Shown: one piece after another, positions 1 to 13,410 of the stretch
Layout: the number at the start of each line of letters is the position of its first letter
Numbering within the stretch: position 1 is the stretch's first letter
Assembly (NCBI RefSeq): GCF_048593235.1
Contig: NC_133619.1
Span: 347,462,454 to 347,526,453 of the forward strand
Direction: 5' to 3'
Length of the DNA stretch: 64,000 nucleotides
DNA from: Sminthopsis crassicaudata
Taxonomy: Eukaryota
The notes under the pieces: model-generated
The model's database searches: none
What the model was told of the DNA's origin: nothing
What the model saw: the letters and a program-made list of their open reading frames with translations, nothing else
Program-made: the position numbers and the translations under genes

Positions 1-691
1 TGTGACCCTAGGAGAGTCATTTAACTTCTTAGCATTCTAAGATGATAAATGACAAAGAAGGTGCCAACCTGCATTGGGAAAGGAAATTTTCCTCATCCAG
101 TAGTTTCCTAAACCAACAAAATCCCAAGTCCAGTCTATCTCTATCCTGATGACTTCTTTAGATCTCTCGAAGTCTTGCTGCTTCACTTTTGCTATAACAT
201 TATTATTAGCAATTTTATGGCTAAGGATTGTTGTGACAAAAATCAATAACCAACAGCAAGCCGTAGTCAACACTCAATTCAGCAAATGGAAAGCAAATAG
301 CACAGAACAGTGGATATTCCAAAAACAATGAATATTGGGTTTTCAAATACATGATGATGTTTTCCAGTTTTTTTCTTCACAATTGTTTGGCTACAGCTGA
401 TATTTAAATTTTTCCTGCAAGAATATCAAGAAAAAATAGCATAGTTTATTTACCAGGTGGCAGAGAAATTCCACTGTGGTTTTTAAGCTGTGCTGGCAAT
501 AATTCAGAAAGTAGATAACACATAAGCAAATAATTAATAGATTACCATATTTATGTATGTACTATTTTATAGATATTTAGGTTCAAGAGTTACATTGGAG
601 ACCTTTCCTCAAAGTTATGTCCTTCTGAATACTGTTGGATAGGTGTTGTGTACCTGTTAACTTTTATATTAATCATATATATTTCCTCTAG

Positions 692-840
692 TACCACTTC
701 AACCCTTCCCAGTCAGTTCTTGTCATGGAAGGAGAAGACATCGGGAATATAAATCAGGCTCTCCAGAAAGTGTCCTACATCAATTCCAGGCAATTCCCCA
801 CCACAGGAGTTAGGAGGCTCAAAGTGTCATCAAAAGTCCA
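692..840 (+). CDS. CLSTN2: Calsyntenin-2 internal coding exon (ectodomain): YHFNPSQSVLVMEGEDIGNINQALQKVSYINSRQFPTTGVRRLKVSSKV
   Basis: Acceptor tttcctctag at 682-691 and donor gtaagt at 841. 149 nt, phase 0 to 2. Translation matches the mammalian CLSTN2 motif INSRQFPT.GVRRLKVSSKVQ. Missed by the ORF track. Confidence 0.95.
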
Positions 841-1374
841 GTAAGTTCAACTCCATCAAGCCCATTAAGTTGATCGTGCTGCAAAAAGTGTACTTGCCAT
901 GGGGACTGGGAAGAGGGAAAACAATGTTCCTAAAAATAACCCCCCCCAAAATAAGCTACCATGTACTAAGCATTGAGCAAATGTTCACTTTTCCAAACCT
1001 ACAGTGTTATTCACATTTTTCTATTGCAGGAGATTGTTTCAGTTTTCTAAATATCAGAAAATGCCTATGTAAATATATTTTAAAATGTATTATTTAATTT
1101 CACTTTTAAGGAACTCTTTGTTTTACTACTTAGAATTCTGGTCTTCATTTTGTCAATTATGCCTGCTGTTATAGCAATGTAGTTTTCATTCTTAGCCAAA
1201 TGGACAACCATGTATATGAGTGACCTAATTTAAGGAGCTCTGGAAAGACACCCTTATTAAAACTCCCTCCATCATTGTCTGTGCAGTTTGTTTAACCTGA
1301 AATTCTAGCACTAAAGTTCCATTTTCTGGGAAGGCTACCATCTATCACCTTATCAAGAATAAGCATATATTTGT

Positions 1375-1460
1375 TTGCATGTTGTCTCCCTCATTAGATT
1401 GTAAGCTCCTTAAGGGCAGGGGACTAACTTTTGCCTCTTTTTGTATCCTCAGTGCTTGAC
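1375..1460 (+). mobile_element. L2 LINE 3'-end fragment
   Basis: tgtctccctcattagattgtaagctccttaagggcagggact...tgtatcctcagtgctt matches the L2 3' terminus. Confidence 0.7.
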
Positions 1461-4400
1461 GTAGTCAATACCTGGTCAGTCAGTGAGAACCAGAGTGACT
1501 TGAATTTAAAGTCATAGTCAAGTAGCTCCATTTGAAACTCAATGGGCTTTATCAAAGCTCGATTTTTCAGAACTATCTTTCAAGAAATCATAAATAAAAA
1601 TTACATTAGACCAAAGAGTTAATTGTCCCAGATTTAGGGTTTTTTTTTTTTGGGGGGGGGGGAAACGATAGAATAAATAAGTAGGGAGGAAAAAAAATCT
1701 ATCTCCTAAACACCAAGATATCTTGAGAAATATAAGCAATCAAAATTTATATTATTTTGGACAGAACATTCACATGTAAGATTATAACTCTACCTGTGGA
1801 AAGAGGGAGAGGAAATGGTGGGGAAGAAGGGAGAAAAGGAGACAGGGAGGGAAAGAAGGAACTACAGTATTTGCCCATTTAGAACTAGCTATGTTATTCC
1901 CCTGCTCAAAATCTCCCATAATTCCTCCTTGCCCCTAGGAAAAATCACAAATTCCTTAACTGAATTTTGAATACTTTTTTGGCACATTCTACATTCCAGA
2001 CTGACTAAGTTATATAGCTATTCCTTAGTACATTCCTTTTCCTCACCCCCCCCCAAATCATTCTCCTATCTTTTGTTCATTCACACAGGCCGTCTATGTG
2101 TTATCTTTTCATCTCCTACCTATTAAAGTCTTTGTCATTTCTCAAGGAATAGTTAAGATACCACGTGCAACTATCCCTGACCGCTTCTCCTCCATCTAAA
2201 AGTTATTCCTTCTTTCCTCAAATTTTCCTATTGTTTTGATATTTTTTGTAATTGTAATGATTCTTTTTTTGCTCCTATCGTACTATACTTTTTGCCATGC
2301 TTACTTCTGTGTGTATCCTATAATCTCCTCAATTTTGATTAACTCCTTGAGGAAATGGATTGTCATTCTTCACCTCTGAGTCCCTAGAAGCTAGCAAAGT
2401 GGTTTGCTCATCATAACTATTTACTAATGTTTTTTAGTTTCATGAATTAAATAAAAAGCAAACCAATTTATACATATACAGAGAATTAGATTATTAGTCC
2501 ATAATATACTTTTCCAGCTATGGCAATTGAGAAGCTACTGAAAATGGGATCTAGAGTTAAGAATGAAAGGGGGAAGTGAGCGACCAGGAATGGAGTGAGA
2601 AGTTCAGAAATGAGATGTGGAAGGGCAGAGAAGGAAGACTGAATAGCCATGATTTTGCTGAAGGGAAATCTTATGTTCTAACAGTGAAAATTAATTTCAT
2701 AAATTAGTTCTAGCTCAAGGAAGAAAGGGGTATATTTCTTCCTTTATTCATTAATGACCCCTGCCCTCCTTATGTCTATAAGGATCCTAAGCCCACTTTA
2801 GACAACCCTATTTTTGAAGAATTGTACTCAATGGAGCAAGGCTGCCAACTAAGCTCCTTCTGAGCAAAGATCAGAGTCTATATTCATGTAACCTCTCCAG
2901 AGGATCATAGATTTAGAAGGAACAATAGAAGTCATCTAGTACAGTAAACCCATTTTATAGATGTCCAGCATAGTTAAATGGCTGGTCCAAGAATCAGGCT
3001 CAGTGTATTGTCAGACAAAGGAGCATATTTCTAAATCTCCTAACTACCAGTTCTACCTAGAAACAACACTCTTGTGATACACTTAAAGGGAAATAAAACA
3101 CACAGTGGATAAGGATGGTTTAGCTCTGGGGTCTCATTTAGTAAGATAGCTCTATCCAGCCTGTTGGATAACAATTTGCATACCTAATAATAATGCTCAT
3201 AACAATTACCTTCTACCAAATTAACTATGCCATTGATTACTCAGTTTAACATTAATTAAATGTTTAAGAATTACATGTTGATCATATAAAAATATTTCCA
3301 TTTCTACTGGCAGGTTGATCTTTGTAAATCCCTTCTGAAAGCTTTGGTAATAAATTTTCCTTTGAACTCAGTCCTTAGAGCAGTCCTCTGCAAATAGTTG
3401 TCAAAGCTCAGCCCTTCTATAGGAAGTGTCTGTGAACCGCCACCAATCAAAACAGGATTCTACACCATGGAAACTCAGCCTGCTGAGACTTAATAGAAGG
3501 AATATCCAGTAAAATGAGGGTATTTCAGGATAAGTGATATTTAGACAAGCATGAAGTTCTGGTGGAGTTGGGGAAGAGAGAAGACAGAAAACTAAGACAC
3601 AGAATGAGATCTTAGAGAGAGATGCATCAAAGGAAAAACTGCCCACACTGCAGGTTAATCAAAGTTAAAATAAATGGCAATGGGGAAAGAGAAGGAGGCA
3701 TTTGAATTATCCAGAGGCACTGAGGGAGAGATTCGGGTGATTTAAGTATATCTATCTGTGAAGAGGATATGATAAAGCTAACAGCATTGGGAATGAGATG
3801 CCCCATTGAATCATAGAATATCAAAGCTAGAATTAAGGCCCAGAGTAATTGGATCCTCCAAATAATCAAAGGCTAATCCCTACACCTCCTTAAACAGAAA
3901 ATACTAAAAATAACATATTCTTTGATGATTCATTGGAGTCTTTTTGCCCATCCTTTATTTCACCAAGCTAAATATAAATACAAGTGTTTGTCTTCACACT
4001 GAATGCCCTCAGACTAATAAATATTTTGCTAATTGTGTCCATTTAAGCTTCTCCCTTTCTTAGCTTGCAAATCATCATTTTCATCATCATTTCTCTTTCC
4101 AATTTGCTGTGACAAAATTGGAGAAAAATTTTTATTAGAACTCTATATATGACACATTATTCATTTTGACATATTTCAACAGCCTGATTTCACAGTTCTT
4201 AGACCTTCCCAATACCAGAGATTTATACGTTTACTTCATTAGAATAAGCCATGTCTTGGATTCTATTCAGAATTCACATGAAGCTCTCAAGATTCTGAAA
4301 TTCCCATCTCATAACATTTAAAATTTGAAATCATGAATTAGAATGAGAAAAGGAAAAAGGAAAGTATGTGGATAGAGATAAAAAGAGAGAACTAGAAGAG

Positions 4401-4479
4401 AAACAAAATAGAAGTGGGAATGGAATGGAAGGGAATCTAATTGACCCTCCTATTTTACAGATAAGGAGACAATCTCAGA

Positions 4480-6350
4480 AAGGTTAAGCCGAAGTCTATG
4501 TACATCCGACTTCTTATCCTCTACTCCCTTTTCCCCTGTTCACTGGTACCCATTCTCCCAGTACCTCACAATCCTTGATTCACTAGTTCCATTGTCCAAC
4601 CTGAACAGTCATTTCAATGATGTTTTTTGTTAGACTACTTCAATCTCTCATACCTGTGACCTGCCCTCTCGATTTCCAACCATAGAGAAAAGCCACAGTG
4701 GGTTTTTTCACCCACCATTACTAGATTCCCAAGAATTGCTCAAGAATATTGCAAAAGCACTATAATTTCATGCTCTAACTTTGCTACCTTTACCTTTACT
4801 ACTATTCAACAACCCTTTAATAATATTTTAATTACTCAACAAATGTCCTGGAATGAACATTTCAAACTGTTAGGACTTTCCTCAATAATTTCAATTTTAT
4901 AACCACTTCCACTCACTTTCAAAAGCCAGGTCCACTCTCCACCTTACTAAACAAAGTGAAACATGAGTTCTCTTAACTTTGTTCCATTCTACCTCAAAAT
5001 GTCTGTATGTTTACCCATCCTCTCTCCAGTCTCAGAGAGGAAGAATTTTCCCTCCTTTTCAGAATCATTTTTAACCTGTGCCTTGAACCCATTCCCTATT
5101 ACTTCGTCTTAGACCTGGAAGTCTAAGTCATTTACTTTCTTAAGTATCTCTCCTTACAGTTACTTTCTCTATCCTAAAAAATAAATAAATTCATCAGACA
5201 CCATTCTTTTCAAGACACCATCCAATATTTCTGTTTTCAGTCACCTCAACTCATGCTTCTACTTCTTCATCTCCCATTCATTCCCTACCAATGTGGCTTT
5301 CTACTTGCCAGAAATTTTTTTTGGTAGGTCACCAATGACCTCATAATTACCATATCATGTATATATTTGAGTGTGTTTTCTCAGATCTCATCCTTCTCTT
5401 CCTCTCTTTCATAAAAATCTTTTCCTCCCTTAGCTTCTGGGATATATTACAGAAACTTCTGGGGTTTTTTTCTCTCTTTGATTACTTCTCATGTTTTCTT
5501 TGCTGGTTTAAGCCTCCTTAGTAACTCCAATAGTTTGGATATTCTATTTTAACTCAATTTCTAGTCACTGGTAACCACCTCTGCCATTTCAACTATTTAT
5601 TATTATTTCAATTAATGGATTATTCCCAAATTTATTATTCAGGCTCTGGACTCACATCTCCAACTCTCTATTGAATAATTATCATCTGATTATCCTGCCT
5701 GCAATTCAAAATTAATATGTCCAAAGCTGAATTAATCCCACCTCTTCAGCCCAAACCATCTCTTTTCTCTGACTCCCTTAATCTTTCAAGCTAGAAATCA
5801 AGGAATCTTCTTCAGTTCCTTCCTTTCTACTCATTATATCTAGTCAGTTACTAAATTCTGTTGATTCTACTTCTAAAATACTTATCATTTGTCCTCACAT
5901 TTCCTTTCCTAATATTCTTTTTTATATTTTCTAAGACTTTCATAACAATAGACTCCTAACTGATTTCCTTCTCATATTTCTTGTCTCCTATTCATTCTAT
6001 ACATAGTACCAGAGTATTTTTCCTAAAGTTCATCATTCATTATGCAATTACCCTCCTTATAAATCTTCCCTAAGCTCAAACCTTTTAGTCTACCATTCAA
6101 AGCCCTCTACAGTGTGGTTCCAATCTATTTTTTTCTGTTCTTCTTACTTTATGTTCTGGTCAAGCTGAACTATTTATTCACCATTTTCCAAAAAAGCCAT
6201 GTGCTTTCCCCATTGTCAAACCTTTATGTTTTGCTGCTACCTGTTTAAAGAATTCTCTATCCTGTGCCTTCCTAAATTTTATTCATTCTTGATAAACCAA
6301 TTCAAATACCACAGTTGTCATGAAACCTTCTCTGATCCCACAGTTAAGAT
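4480..6350 (+). mobile_element. Decayed L2 LINE (ORF2 to 3' region)
   Basis: Pyrimidine-rich L2-type blocks, e.g. catctccaactctctattgaataattatcatctg...ttcaaaattaatatgtccaaagctgaatt and ctcaaaccttttagtctaccattcaaagccctc. Confidence 0.7.
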
Positions 6351-7499
6351 TCCTATACTAGTACAGTAGATACTTGGAGTGGCTGTCAGCAATGGACATG
6401 ATAGTAGCTGGGGGTGAGCCCACATGCCTCCAGTATGTGAATCCAAGATCCTCCTTATTTTAGCTGATTGATTAACATCTCTTTAGTCTTATAGCACGAA
6501 CCATTCCTGATCTTCTGTCAAGAAAACTTAAGTTCATATATGACATTTGCTGGCTTAGTGACCATGGATAAGTGACTTGAAGCATCTTCAATTATCCTTT
6601 CTATAAAAGGGAAATAATATAGCTGAAATTATTATTAGACAACATTAGACTATCAATTTTTTTTATTTTTATATTCTCAAAGTTTAGCACACTGCTTGGA
6701 CCATAGTTTGTATTTATAAACTAGAAATGTCTTTTTTTTTTAATAAAACAGATAACAATATTTTGCAAACATTCAAGTGCTATATAAATGCCAGATATTA
6801 TTATTCCTCCCCCAAGAAGAATAGGACAATTCCTTTTCTATATTATCTACACTTACTAGATTGTAAGCTTATTGAGTGTGAATCCCTTGGTTTTAATCTC
6901 ATCTATGATATTCATATCACCTATGTGGTCCTAATAGGATTTGTACTATTATTTTCACAAGGTTGTTATGAGGGAGATATTTACTCAACATTAAAATCCT
7001 GGAGAAATGTAAGACCTTCATTCTTATATCCCACAGCACCCAGAACATTAGTTTAATACATAGTTGCTCAATTGAATTAAGTGAAGGCCTAAGGAATTAT
7101 AGGCTTTGGCTATTATTCTTCCTTTCTAGTTCTCAGTTCTATGTTTTTAGAAGTTGAAAACTGCCAGATTAGTGATCTTTCTCGATGAAAGTGTCCCTAG
7201 GTCACATATTATCTTAAACTTCTGACCATCTAATGCACCAAGTTAGCACTTGGATGAAGACTATCTCATTGCGCAATATGGGCTTACAGCTTGTCCCTTT
7301 ATCTAGACAGAAAGCCCTAGTGTGCAGAAGCAGAATTTATAGGTTTTTTTGAAATGTTCACATCACTTACCACATGGTAGGGCCCAAAATAGGTACTTAG
7401 TAAATAATTCCTTCAAGGTCAAGCTAAGAAGCCAGTTCCTCCACTTTCCTTCATCTCCTCAATAATACACCTACTTTGTAACAAGCACCATGCTAGATG

Positions 7500-7915
7500 T
7501 ACAATGGATAGAGCATTAGGACTGGAGTAAAAAAAGATCTGAGTTCAGATCTAGCTATAAACATTTGCTACTTGGGCAAGTCACTTAAACTCTGTCTGCT
7601 TCAGTTGCCTCAAATGGAAAATGGGAATAATAATGGCACCTACCCTTTGTGAGGATCAAACTAAATATTTGTAAAACAGCATTTAGCACAGTGTCCAGCC
7701 CATAGTATATTTTTAATATTTATTCTCTTCCCTTATACTATACTACTAGCTGCATGACTCTGTGAGCAGTCACTTAACTACTGTCTGCCTCAGTTTCTTC
7801 AACTATAAAATGGGAATAAATGATAGGATCTGTCTTCCAAGGTTGTCATGAAGATCAAATGAGATCTTTTTAAAGCTTTTGGAACAGTTCCTGATACACA
7901 GTAGGCACTTAATCA
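7500..7915 (+). mobile_element. Two adjacent MIR/CORE-SINE copies
   Basis: Core motif ttgggcaagtcacttaa...ctcagttt...aaaatgggaataa appears twice (~7570 and ~7770). Confidence 0.75.
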
Positions 7916-8156
7916 GTACAGATTTCCTTCTTTCCTTCTCTCTCTCCAACTCACTCAATTTGATCATATCTTATCACCTTAGTAGAGAGTATATTCCCCA
8001 AGGGCAGAAACTGTGTTGTTTTTCATCTGCCTGTCTCTAGCAGCAAAAGTGCCCCACTTATAGTAAGTGGAATCTTAATACATGTTTATCAAGTTGAAAT
8101 GTATTGGTAAATTGCCAGCCATACCATTCACTGAAGGAGCCCTGTGTTTTTTCCAG

Positions 8157-8380
8157 ATGTTTTGGAGAAGATGTCTGCATTAGCGTTCCAGATGTGGATG
8201 CCTATGTGATGGTGCTGCAAGCCATAGAACCCAGGATCACCATTAGTGGGACAGACCACCTTGTGAGGCCAGCTGCCCAGTTTGAAAGTGCCAAAGGAGT
8301 GACACTCTTTCCCAATGTCAAGATTGTGAGCACCCTTGCCAAAGCAGAGCCACCAGGAGACTCAAAAGAGGAAGACCAAG
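8157..8380 (+). CDS. CLSTN2: Calsyntenin-2 exon: (Q)CFGEDVCISVPDVDAYVMVLQAIEPRITISGTDHLVRPAAQFESAKGVTLFPNVKIVSTLAKAEPPGDSKEEDQ
   Basis: Acceptor gttttttccag, donor gttagt at 8381. 224 nt, phase 2 to 1. CA+A completes Gln in frame with the previous exon. Lies within ORF 8104..8385. Confidence 0.96.
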
Positions 8381-9694
8381 GTTAGTTTAGGTGTTTTTGC
8401 TATCTTCCTGACAGCATCTGAGGCTGTATTTTAAGGTGTAAACATTTTTTAACGTGTATGTAGTAAAATGAAGGTCTCACTCAGCAAGATTACTCTAAGC
8501 TATTGGGAAATTTTCAACACTTGTATTTCCAACAGTTTCATTATCGGTAGGGTTGTTCAGTGAAAGCCTAATAAAGTATTTTGAATTATTCAGCTAGGGA
8601 CCAATATTAGCAACACCGAAGGCTAAAGTATATGCCTGTAGGAAGAATTCTTCTTTTTTTTTCCTCCCTCTACAGTGGTGCAAGTTTATAGGAGGAAAAA
8701 ACATCAATTTGAGAACTGTCCTCAACTATGTTTCTCAAGGAGAATAACTTTCAAGTCTCTCTACATCCTTCAGGAAAGTGGTTGCTAATGATCTGCAGGT
8801 TTGGGTGGACTCGATTCCCTGAAGGGTTGCTTCTATAATAATCCTAATTATCAGGTGCCTTAAACTATCCCTGCTCCCTGAAGGCTGAAGAATATTGCAA
8901 TCCGAGCCCTCCCTGAACACTCTGTATCTCATAAAAATAAATTGTGTTTTACCTGTCTCGGATTGTGCAGTTTCGGAGTTCTGTGCCCATGTTCATTATG
9001 CTGTATGATCTTTTCTTCTCTCCTATGGTCATTTGTGGTTAACGTCAGTAAGAACATAAAAAGGAGCTTTGACCTTAGCTATTGGAAGCTATAATAGATA
9101 CCTTCTAGATGTGGTTTGCATGTCAGCCTAAAGCTCTAGCACCAGCTAATGGGCACAGCAGGAAGGGGCAATTAGTGATTTCCAGAATTGTCCTATTATT
9201 TACAGATCCAATAAGCCAGTTAATTGTCTAGTTAAAAAGATGGGACCTTAAAATCATAGTTTTGGAACTAGAAAAGACTAGTTCAAACTTCTCAATTACA
9301 GATGAGGAAATTGAAGCCCTAGAAGGTAAAGTGATTAGCTAAAGATCACCAGGAGATTAGTGTCAGAGCCAGGATTAGAATTCATCCTTTAAAAACTCAA
9401 AAGCCAGTGTTCTTTTCTCAACTCCAATCCACCTTTATTATAAGGTATGAACAATGACAAATGAATTTATACCTACCCTTCACAAGTTAGTAGTGTCAAG
9501 TCAGTGATAGCCTATAAGTCAGAACACCTGGATCCTGGTCCTGGTTTTATTTAATTGAGTCAGACACTGCAGTGGGCTTCAGTTTGCTCACCAGTCAAAT
9601 AAAGGAGTTGGACAAAACCATCCCATCAAGTCCCTTCCTACCCTAACAGATTATGATTATCTCATTGTTAGAAAATTGATTTCTCAACAGTGGC

Positions 9695-9900
9695 ACAGTT
9701 GATAAAAGTATTGGACTTGGAGTCAGGATGGTTAACTTCAAATCCTACTTCAGACACTTGCTTTTAGCTATGTGACCCTGAGCAAGAAACCCAGCGTCAG
9801 TTTTTTTCATCTGTAAAATGGAGGTAATTACAAGACTTCATAGGGCTGTTATGAGAATTAAATGGGTTAACATAAATAACGGCCTTTGCAAACCTTAAAA
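9695..9900 (+). mobile_element. MIR/CORE-SINE
   Basis: gacttggagtcagg...ttcaaatcctacttcagacac...tgtgaccctgagcaag...catctgtaaaatggagg. Confidence 0.75.
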
Positions 9901-10984
9901 ATATTACATGTTATTGTCTTTATCATTATTATTATTTTATCTAGAGATAAATTGCCTTCCCAAACAGATATAATCTTTCTGGCCCCATAAATGGATTTGA
10001 TAAAATTGAACTTTCCTGGGGATTGGGAGGATGGGGATGAGAAGGGGGAATGCAAAGATTCAAGAGGGATTTTAAAGAACTATTAGCCAACACTAATACC
10101 CACCATCACCCACAAGACTGGAAAAAGAATTATTAAGCCAGTCTTCCTTGGTCTATTACTAGCAGGCACCATGCTAACTTGGCCACTCAAAGCCCCCAGA
10201 GAATTATTCTGAGTTAGTCTTTTGGGTCTATGGGGAAATTAAGGTTACTATGGGAAAATAGGTTCATGTTTTCAACCTATAGCTCTCTAATTAGTGCAAG
10301 ACTCAAGAACTTCCTCCTACCCCTTGCCTAATTGCCAGGTTTCTTTTCCCTGGACCATCATTCAAAAGAAAGAAAAGCTGGAAAAACCCTATGCAGAGAG
10401 GCTTTCAAGATCAATTTTCAATTATGTTTGTTGTTCATACTTCCACATATGCTCTTGAATGCCTTTGAAATGGGGTGAAGGGTTTTTTTTTTTTTTTCCC
10501 ATCAGAATGCTGCCCTCTGGCTGGCATTTTTCAAGGTTTAATAGGTTCTTAAAACTATCCAACCATTTCCTTGAAAAATTGAGAGTCATAAAATAAGCCA
10601 GGGAGCAGGCAAAAGAGGAGAAGACTTGTGGAGAGCTATGCTAACATCGTGCCCTAAAGCCAGGATAGGGTTCTATACAATTCTGCTCTCAGCTTGCCAT
10701 GCTAATGTGTTGATATTAATGTATTACTTCTTCCAAGTAACATATTGGCAGTTTATTGTGGATTTTCAAAAGCAATAAATCAACAAAAAGCAGTAATGCT
10801 ACTGCTAGGATTCAGGATTTAGGGGAGATATTTTTGGCCAAAGTAGAGACGTGGGGGCTGGGAGGAGAGGGGACTCAGTATCAGGTCATTCTAAAGATCT
10901 CATTTACCCCACCCTTTCCCTTTACAAATGGAGAAATGAAAGCCTGGAGAGCTTCAGTGACTAGCCCTGTTAATTCCATCATAT

Positions 10985-11173
10985 TAGGAGTTCTTAACCT
11001 GGAGCATATGAATCTTTGTAAAAAAAAAATATTTTAATTGTATTTCAATATAACTAGTTTCCTTTGTAACTCTTATGTATTATATTTTATGCATTTAAAA
11101 CAATTACTTGGAAGGGAATATAAATTTCACCAAACTGCCAAAAATGAAATGCAAAAAGGGTTAAGAATCTCTG
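10985..11173 (+). mobile_element. Old non-autonomous hAT/Charlie-type DNA transposon (MITE)
   Basis: Imperfect TIRs taggagttcttaacct ... gggttaagaatctctg. Internal tttatgcatttaaaa...ttcaccaaactgccaaa is typical of this family. No intact TSD. Confidence 0.6.
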
Positions 11174-11214
11174 ATCTGAGATAATAACAGCCCTATATAC
11201 AGAGCACAGCGATT

Positions 11215-12360
11215 GTGTCAGAGGCCAACAAGGATGGCAATGATAGGTCACATTTATGGAGTACTTTCAGGACTTACAATTGTCAAGTCCTATTGTTTCT
11301 ACCATCCTAACATCTTTGCAATGGGCCTGGTGCAGGCCTTCCATCCTGGACTATTGTAATAGCCTGCTCATGGATCTTCCCACCATGCTTCCTCCACTCC
11401 AGTCCATCCTGCACTCATCTGCCAAGTGGATCTTCCTAGAGCACAGGCCTACGTCACCTCCTTATCTATAAATTCCATTGGTTCCCTATTTTTTTCAGGA
11501 TCAAATATAAAATCATCTGATGTTTACTGTCCTTCATCACTTGGGTCCTTTCTACCTCTCCATTCTTCTTATACCTTACTCCCTTGCATCTGCTCTGCAG
11601 TATAACGATACTTCCTGGTTTTCCTTTTACTCAACACCATCTCCTGTCTCCTTGGAGATCTCTCCCCCATCACCAGTGCTTCCTGACTTCCTTCAGGTCT
11701 CAGCTGAAGTCACATTTTCCCCAAAAGCCTTTCCCAGACCTCTTTAACTTTCATGCTTTCCCTTAGAGATTCCCACACCTTTTATCCTGCATCCATGTGT
11801 ATGTATATAATATGGGTACATATATCTGTATATGTGTTATATATACATATATGTAAGAGTATGTATGTATGATTTCTTACTACACATACACCCACATACA
11901 TACACACACCCATACATATATATTTTTAATTTTACTGCTTTCCCTTGGAGACTCCCCTCCCGACATTTATCCTGTATGTGGACATAGCANNNNNNNNNNN
12001 NNNNNNNNNNNNNNNNNNNNNNNNNNNNNNNNNNNNNNNNNNNNNNNNNNNNNNNNNNNNNNNNNNNNNNNNNNNNNNNNNNNNNNNNNNNNNNNNNNNN
12101 NNNNNNNNNNNNNNNNNNNNNNNNNNNNNNNNNNNNNNNNNNNNNNNNNNNNNNNNNNNNNNNNNNNNNNNNNNNNNNNNNNNNNNNTTCTATTTGTATC
12201 CATTAGATTTTTGAACTCCTTTTAGAAGTAACTTTGGGAGAGGGAGGGAAGCAGGAGAGAAAGAAGGAAAAGGATTGTTTATTGGATTTTGGGGTTTTTT
12301 TCTTTGTAACCCTAGCTTGCCCATAATAGGCTCTTAATAAATTGTAATTGATTGAATGAC
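11215..12360 (+). mobile_element. L2 LINE 3' portion, interrupted by a (TA/CA)n tract and an assembly gap
   Basis: caagtcctattgtttctacc...cctggactattgtaatagcctgctc...aagtggatcttcctagagcacagg and a 3' tail ...aataggctcttaataaattgtaattgattgaatga. Confidence 0.7.
11990..12187. other. Assembly gap (198 N)
   Basis: Run of N. Confidence 1.
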
Positions 12361-12602
12361 TGCACTTTTATCACTATAATTTTATGATAGGGACAATCCA
12401 AATATCATTGCCCCCACTTTATAGGTAAGTAAACTGTGGTTCAGAGAGGTAGAAGGATGTGTTAAAGTTCACATGACTAGTAAGCATTAAAACAACAACT
12501 CTCATAATAATAACCCTAGGCCTCTGACTCTTGCACACGTTCACCATTACATGGTTGTGCTCCCCAGCTAGACTTTTGTCCTCTGTTTTTTCCCTCCCAC
12601 AG

Positions 12603-12773
12603 CTCCAAAGCATGTGCTCCTAGAGGAGATGCTACACAACTTGGACTTCTGTGACATTTTGGTGGTGGGGGAAGAACTTGAACCCAGGCAGGAGTGCTTA
12701 GAACTAGACTATGACGAGCTGCGGGAAAGACATCTGGATGCCACAAATTCCACATCAGGCTATTCTATCTATG
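12603..12773 (+). CDS. CLSTN2: Calsyntenin-2 exon: APKHVLLEEMLHNLDFCDILVVGEELEPRQECLELDYDELRERHLDATNSTSGYSIY
   Basis: Acceptor tttttccctcccacag, donor gtaagg at 12774. 171 nt, phase 1 to 1. Contains the CLSTN2 motif EEMLHNLDFCDIL. Confidence 0.96.
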
Positions 12774-13224
12774 GTAAGGGAATTAACAGTATTTTAGTTT
12801 CCTAAATCCCCTTAATAATCTGGTCAGAGGTCAAAGAGAAGATATTTCAGGTGATTATATTACCATGGCCATTGCCCAATTGGAAGGGGCGGGGAAGATA
12901 TGACTTCTGATTCATGATTTTGACTAGTTGATCTTAATGACCAGCCTGGGTCACTCACACCAGTAGGAATCACCAGAACAGTGGTTCCTCTTAACTGAGT
13001 CTCAAACCCCAAGTAAGTGGTAGAACAGAAATTCTGACCCTGAGCCTCCGATTCTAAAGGGTTCATGCTAAAAATTCTTTAAAACAGTAAATAATTGCCT
13101 AATTATATAACAAATATATTTTCTCTCTGATAATAAGAATATGCATGCTTGAAGCATTATATATTTGCTATCATCATAAATAATTACTGAAAGCACTTAA
13201 TGAATAAATCTAAAAGAATACTGT

Positions 13225-13410
13225 GAGTTCAACATGAATCATGTGGAAATATGTTTTACATGATTGCACAGGTATAAGCTATATTAGATTGCTTTCTTTT
13301 TGAGGAAAGGGGAGAGAAAGGGAAAGGAGAGAAAAATATGAAACTCAAAATCTTTCAAAAATGAATGTTGAAAATTGTCTTTACATGTAATTGGAATAAA
13401 ATACTATTAA
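13225..13410 (+). mobile_element. L1 3'UTR fragment (marsupial)
   Basis: catgtggaaatatgttttacatgattgcaca...ggaaaggggagag...gaatgttgaaaattgtctttacatgtaattggaataaaa. Confidence 0.7.
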
